Below are positions 61,365 through 64,000 of a stretch of DNA of 64,000 nucleotides, one piece after another (position 1 is the first letter of the stretch; every line of letters begins with the position of its first letter). The notes below the pieces were generated by a model that made no database searches, was not told the DNA's origin, and saw only the letters and a list, made by a program, of their open reading frames with translations. The position numbers and the translations under genes were made by a program. Source of the DNA: Oscillospiraceae bacterium (GTDB taxonomy: Bacteria; Bacillota; Clostridia; Oscillospirales; CAG-272); assembly GCA_015064695.1 (NCBI GenBank), contig SVRS01000003.1, forward strand, positions 15,025-79,024, in the 5' to 3' direction.

Positions 61365-62696
61365 ATGCCCACAAATCCCACCTTTGCCATCTTAACTTTC
61401 GGATGCAAGGTCAACCAATACGAATCCGAGGCCATCGCAGAAGCCCTTGAGGCGGCGGGCTTTGTTTACCGCCCCTCCCATGATGAATGCGACCTCTATA
61501 TCGTCAATACCTGCACCGTCACCGCCGAATCCGACCGCAAAGCGCGGCAGATCATCCGCCGATTCATCGGACAGCACCCCTCCGCTTTCATGGTGGTGAC
61601 GGGCTGCTCCGCCCAATCCCGCACCGAGAGCATCGCCGCCATCCCCGGGGTGGCTTCCGTGGTGGGCAACCGCCAAAAGCTCCGCGTGGTGGAGATTGCC
61701 CGCAAGCTGATTGCCGACGGACGGAAGCCCGCCTCCCCCTACGTGGAGGTTCCCTCCCTGGAGGGCTCGGAATTTGAACCCATGTCCATCACCAAGTTCA
61801 GCCGTGCTCGCGCGTACGTCAAGATCGAGGACGGGTGCGAATCCCGTTGCGCCTACTGTGCCATCCCCGCCGCAAGAGGTCCCATCCGCTCCAAGCCCAT
61901 GAGCGAAGTAATCGCAGAGGTCTGCGCCTTGACCGGGAGCGGATGCCGCGAGATCGTTCTGACGGGCATTGAGACGGGTGCCTGGGGGCGCGATTTGGGG
62001 AATGTCCGCCTCCAGGACCTTCTGCGTGAGATCGACAAGATTCCGGGCGTGGGCCGTATCCGTCTGGGCTCCCTGGATCCTACCGTCATGACCTCCGATT
62101 TCGTGGAAAAGATTGCAGGGTTAAAATCCCTTGCTCCCCACTTCCACCTGTCCATGCAAAGCGGTTGCTCCGCTACCCTGGCTCGTATGCGCCGTAAGTA
62201 CAACCGTGCGCAGGCCGAGGCCGCCATGGAGCGAGTGAGACGGGCCATTCCCAACGTGCAGTTCACCACGGATATGATCGTGGGCTTTCCCGGAGAGACC
62301 GAGGAGGAATTTGCGGAAAGCGCGGATTTTGCCCGCCGCGCAGAGTTTTTGCACATTCACGTTTTTCCCTATTCCAAGCGAGAAGGCACGCCTGCTGCCG
62401 CCATGAAGGAACAAATTCCCGAGGCGGTCAAGCATGAACGAGTAGGGATTCTCTCCCGCATCAGCGAGAATAGCTGTCAATCCATTCTGAACCGGGTTCT
62501 GTCTACCCCCGACCAAGTACTGACCGTAATTCCCGAGACTCGCGGAAAGGGCTTCGTCATGGGACACTCCCCCGATTTCCTGGAGATCAAAATACTGACC
62601 GATTCTCCCTTGCAGGAAACCGAGATCTCCGTTCTTCCCCTTCGCCGCGAAGGAGAGATCCTCGTGTGCAAGCCGCTTTCCACCGATATCAAGTAG
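61365..62696 (+). CDS. mtaB: tRNA (t6A37) methylthiotransferase MtaB (radical SAM, MiaB-like)
   Basis: Trimmed to ATG 61365 after [18 protein letters not shown], radical [12 protein letters not shown]-terminal TRAM-like domain. Confidence 0.88.
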   Translation: MPTNPTFAILTFGCKVNQYESEAIAEALEAAGFVYRPSHDECDLYIVNTCTVTAESDRKARQIIRRFIGQHPSAFMVVTGCSAQSRTESIAAIPGVASVVGNRQKLRVVEIARKLIADGRKPASPYVEVPSLEGSEFEPMSITKFSRARAYVKIEDGCESRCAYCAIPAARGPIRSKPMSEVIAEVCALTGSGCREIVLTGIETGAWGRDLGNVRLQDLLREIDKIPGVGRIRLGSLDPTVMTSDFVEKIAGLKSLAPHFHLSMQSGCSATLARMRRKYNRAQAEAAMERVRRAIPNVQFTTDMIVGFPGETEEEFAESADFARRAEFLHIHVFPYSKREGTPAAAMKEQIPEAVKHERVGILSRISENSCQSILNRVLSTPDQVLTVIPETRGKGFVMGHSPDFLEIKILTDSPLQETEISVLPLRREGEILVCKPLSTDIK

Positions 62697-62721
62697 TGTA
62701 AAACCGTCTAAAGGAGCCTAT

Positions 62722-64000
62722 ATGTCTATCATTCCCCCACCAACCAATTCGGTTCCCCCCGTGATACGCGACTCTACCCAAGTCCGTCATTTCTGCATGG
62801 CCTCTCCGAATACGTTCCTGCCTCGCTTGAACGCGGATCTGGGCACTCATTTTTCCCCTTCGGAATTTCAGAATGCCCGACATCTGTTTCAGAAAACTCT
62901 CCGCCGTGATCCCACCGTCGGCGAGGTGCGTCTTTTGGATGCCCTGGCCCGCAACGGCCGTGAGGATCCCGCCTGCATCGCCGCCGACGAGCTGATCACC
63001 CATAGCGCCGCCATTGCCGAGGCCTGGGCGGATATCCAAAATCTCCATAGTCTTCTTCACGGTGCCGGATCCGAGCGTCAAAGCAATAAAGCCGTCGCTC
63101 CCCCCTGTACCCTTCATACCGCCCTTTCACTGACCGGACGGTATCTGCACCGAGCCGATCTGTGCCCCGAGGAAAACGTGGCCGTTCTGTCCACCCCCTG
63201 CCAGAAAGCCCGGGCCGTAACCGAGGGCTACATCCCCGTCGCACGAATCGCGGTTGAAAACGGTTTCCGTTCCGTTTGGAAGCATTCGGGAAAGAAGCAA
63301 CCCTTTATTCCCCCTCAAACCGGGGATTTGCTTGTATGCCTCCCTCAAGCCGAGCTGAATCAAATACTCTTACTCCTGGAAAAGGATGCCGCAAAGGCCC
63401 GTCCCGAGATCGGAGAGTTACGCGCTTTGGCCGGATGCTCCCTGCTTTTGACGGCATTGGAGCTGGCTTTCTCCGTGGATCTGTATCCGGACCGTCTGGA
63501 CAGAGGCGGCTCCGAGTCGGGCAGGATTCCCATGGCACTTCTGTGCGACACCCATTCCTGTGATCCAAACGGTGCCTCCGGCTACCTGCTCCGCATCCCC
63601 GTCAAGCACGTTCAAAGCATGACGGTAACCTTCAAGGAATTAGGCATTCATTCGGTTGTCTGCGGCCGGGTACGCGCAGGCACCGGCACGGTGATCTATG
63701 CCAAAAGTCCTGCCGGGACGAGTGATGTCCCCGTGATCAATCTGCCCTCCGCTTATCTGCGCTCCGCCGCTTCTCTTCACCTGTCCCATATGACCGCCGA
63801 AGAGGCAGATCTCCCCTGCCCATCCGCGGAGTATCCCAGTTGGGCTCGTCTTCCCTCCGCCGTTCCAGCCGAGAACGGCATGACTCCCGAGGGCCGGGAA
63901 GCCGTCGCGTTGACACGGCACGAGGGGCGCCTGTTTCCCATTCCCGAGGTAGGGCTGCTCATGTCGGTCCACACCGTATCCATCCCGCATCCCTACCAGG
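62722..64000 (+). CDS. hypothetical protein, 5' part only (open to the window end, at least 426 codons)
   Basis: Not in the ORF track because no stop is reached. I translated it codon by codon from ATG 62722 (AAAGGAG RBS) and found no stop. SPSEFQNARHLFQKTLRRDPTVGEV weakly recalls the PurL N-terminal leader, but WSEHC is absent. Confidence 0.5.
   Translation, partial: MSIIPPPTNSVPPVIRDSTQVRHFCMASPNTFLPRLNADLGTHFSPSEFQNARHLFQKTLRRDPTVGEVRLLDALARNGREDPACIAADELITHSAAIAEAWADIQNLHSLLHGAGSERQSNKAVAPPCTLHTALSLTGRYLHRADLCPEENVAVLSTPCQKARAVTEGYIPVARIAVENGFRSVWKHSGKKQPFIPPQTGDLLVCLPQAELNQILLLLEKDAAKARPEIGELRALAGCSLLLTALELAFSVDLYPDRLDRGGSESGRIPMALLCDTHSCDPNGASGYLLRIPVKHVQSMTVTFKELGIHSVVCGRVRAGTGTVIYAKSPAGTSDVPVINLPSAYLRSAASLHLSHMTAEEADLPCPSAEYPSWARLPSAVPAENGMTPEGREAVALTRHEGRLFPIPEVGLLMSVHTVSIPHPYQ

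Overview
This looks like a high-GC, Clostridia-type chromosomal segment. Supporting signs are the sporulation genes ytfI/ytfJ-like and cotH-like, a T-box leader, a flavodiiron protein, and many TTGACA-17-TATAAT promoters. No database search was possible, so all calls rest on motifs read from the ORF translations and on structures read from the DNA.

Most of the window is housekeeping:
- Core genes: lon, engB, lysA, an M50 protease, scpA/scpB, a DD-carboxypeptidase, coaE, an SLT transglycosylase, an M18 aminopeptidase, a ParC-like topoisomerase subunit, murA, pepT, lnt, upp.
- Translation-related genes: prfB (no frameshift), prfA, tsaC/sua5, trpS with a Trp T-box, mtaB, and three pseudouridine synthases.
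- A Y-family polymerase plus yolD-like pair.

Accessory or unusual content:
1. An AT-rich 2.3 kb cassette (41253-43534) is bounded by a 20-nt inverted repeat. It carries a 5'-truncated RHS tip fused to a His/Cys papain-like toxin candidate, a lipoprotein immunity candidate and a YD-repeat fragment.
2. A modular, palindrome-rich intergenic repeat family has at least three copies (30395-30565, 43551-43755, 46708-46923). There is also an array of five covarying hairpins spaced by GTGAAAT (32765-32882).
3. A roughly 170-nt extended hairpin with its own promoter (35480-35651) is a candidate sRNA.
4. A cluster of secreted or unusual enzymes includes a beta-helix protein, a metallophosphoesterase, two tandem MBL-fold lipoprotein paralogs and a pectin-acetylesterase-like hydrolase. 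It is followed by a sigma factor with a 420-aa C-terminal extension coupled to a membrane protein.
5. There is a four-module flavodiiron protein next to an XRE-TPR regulator.
6. Two further AT-rich islets lie at 1-700 and 25380-26540.

No rRNA, tRNA, CRISPR array, transposase or integrase was seen. Many long ORFs in the track are antisense shadows of GC-rich genes and were rejected.
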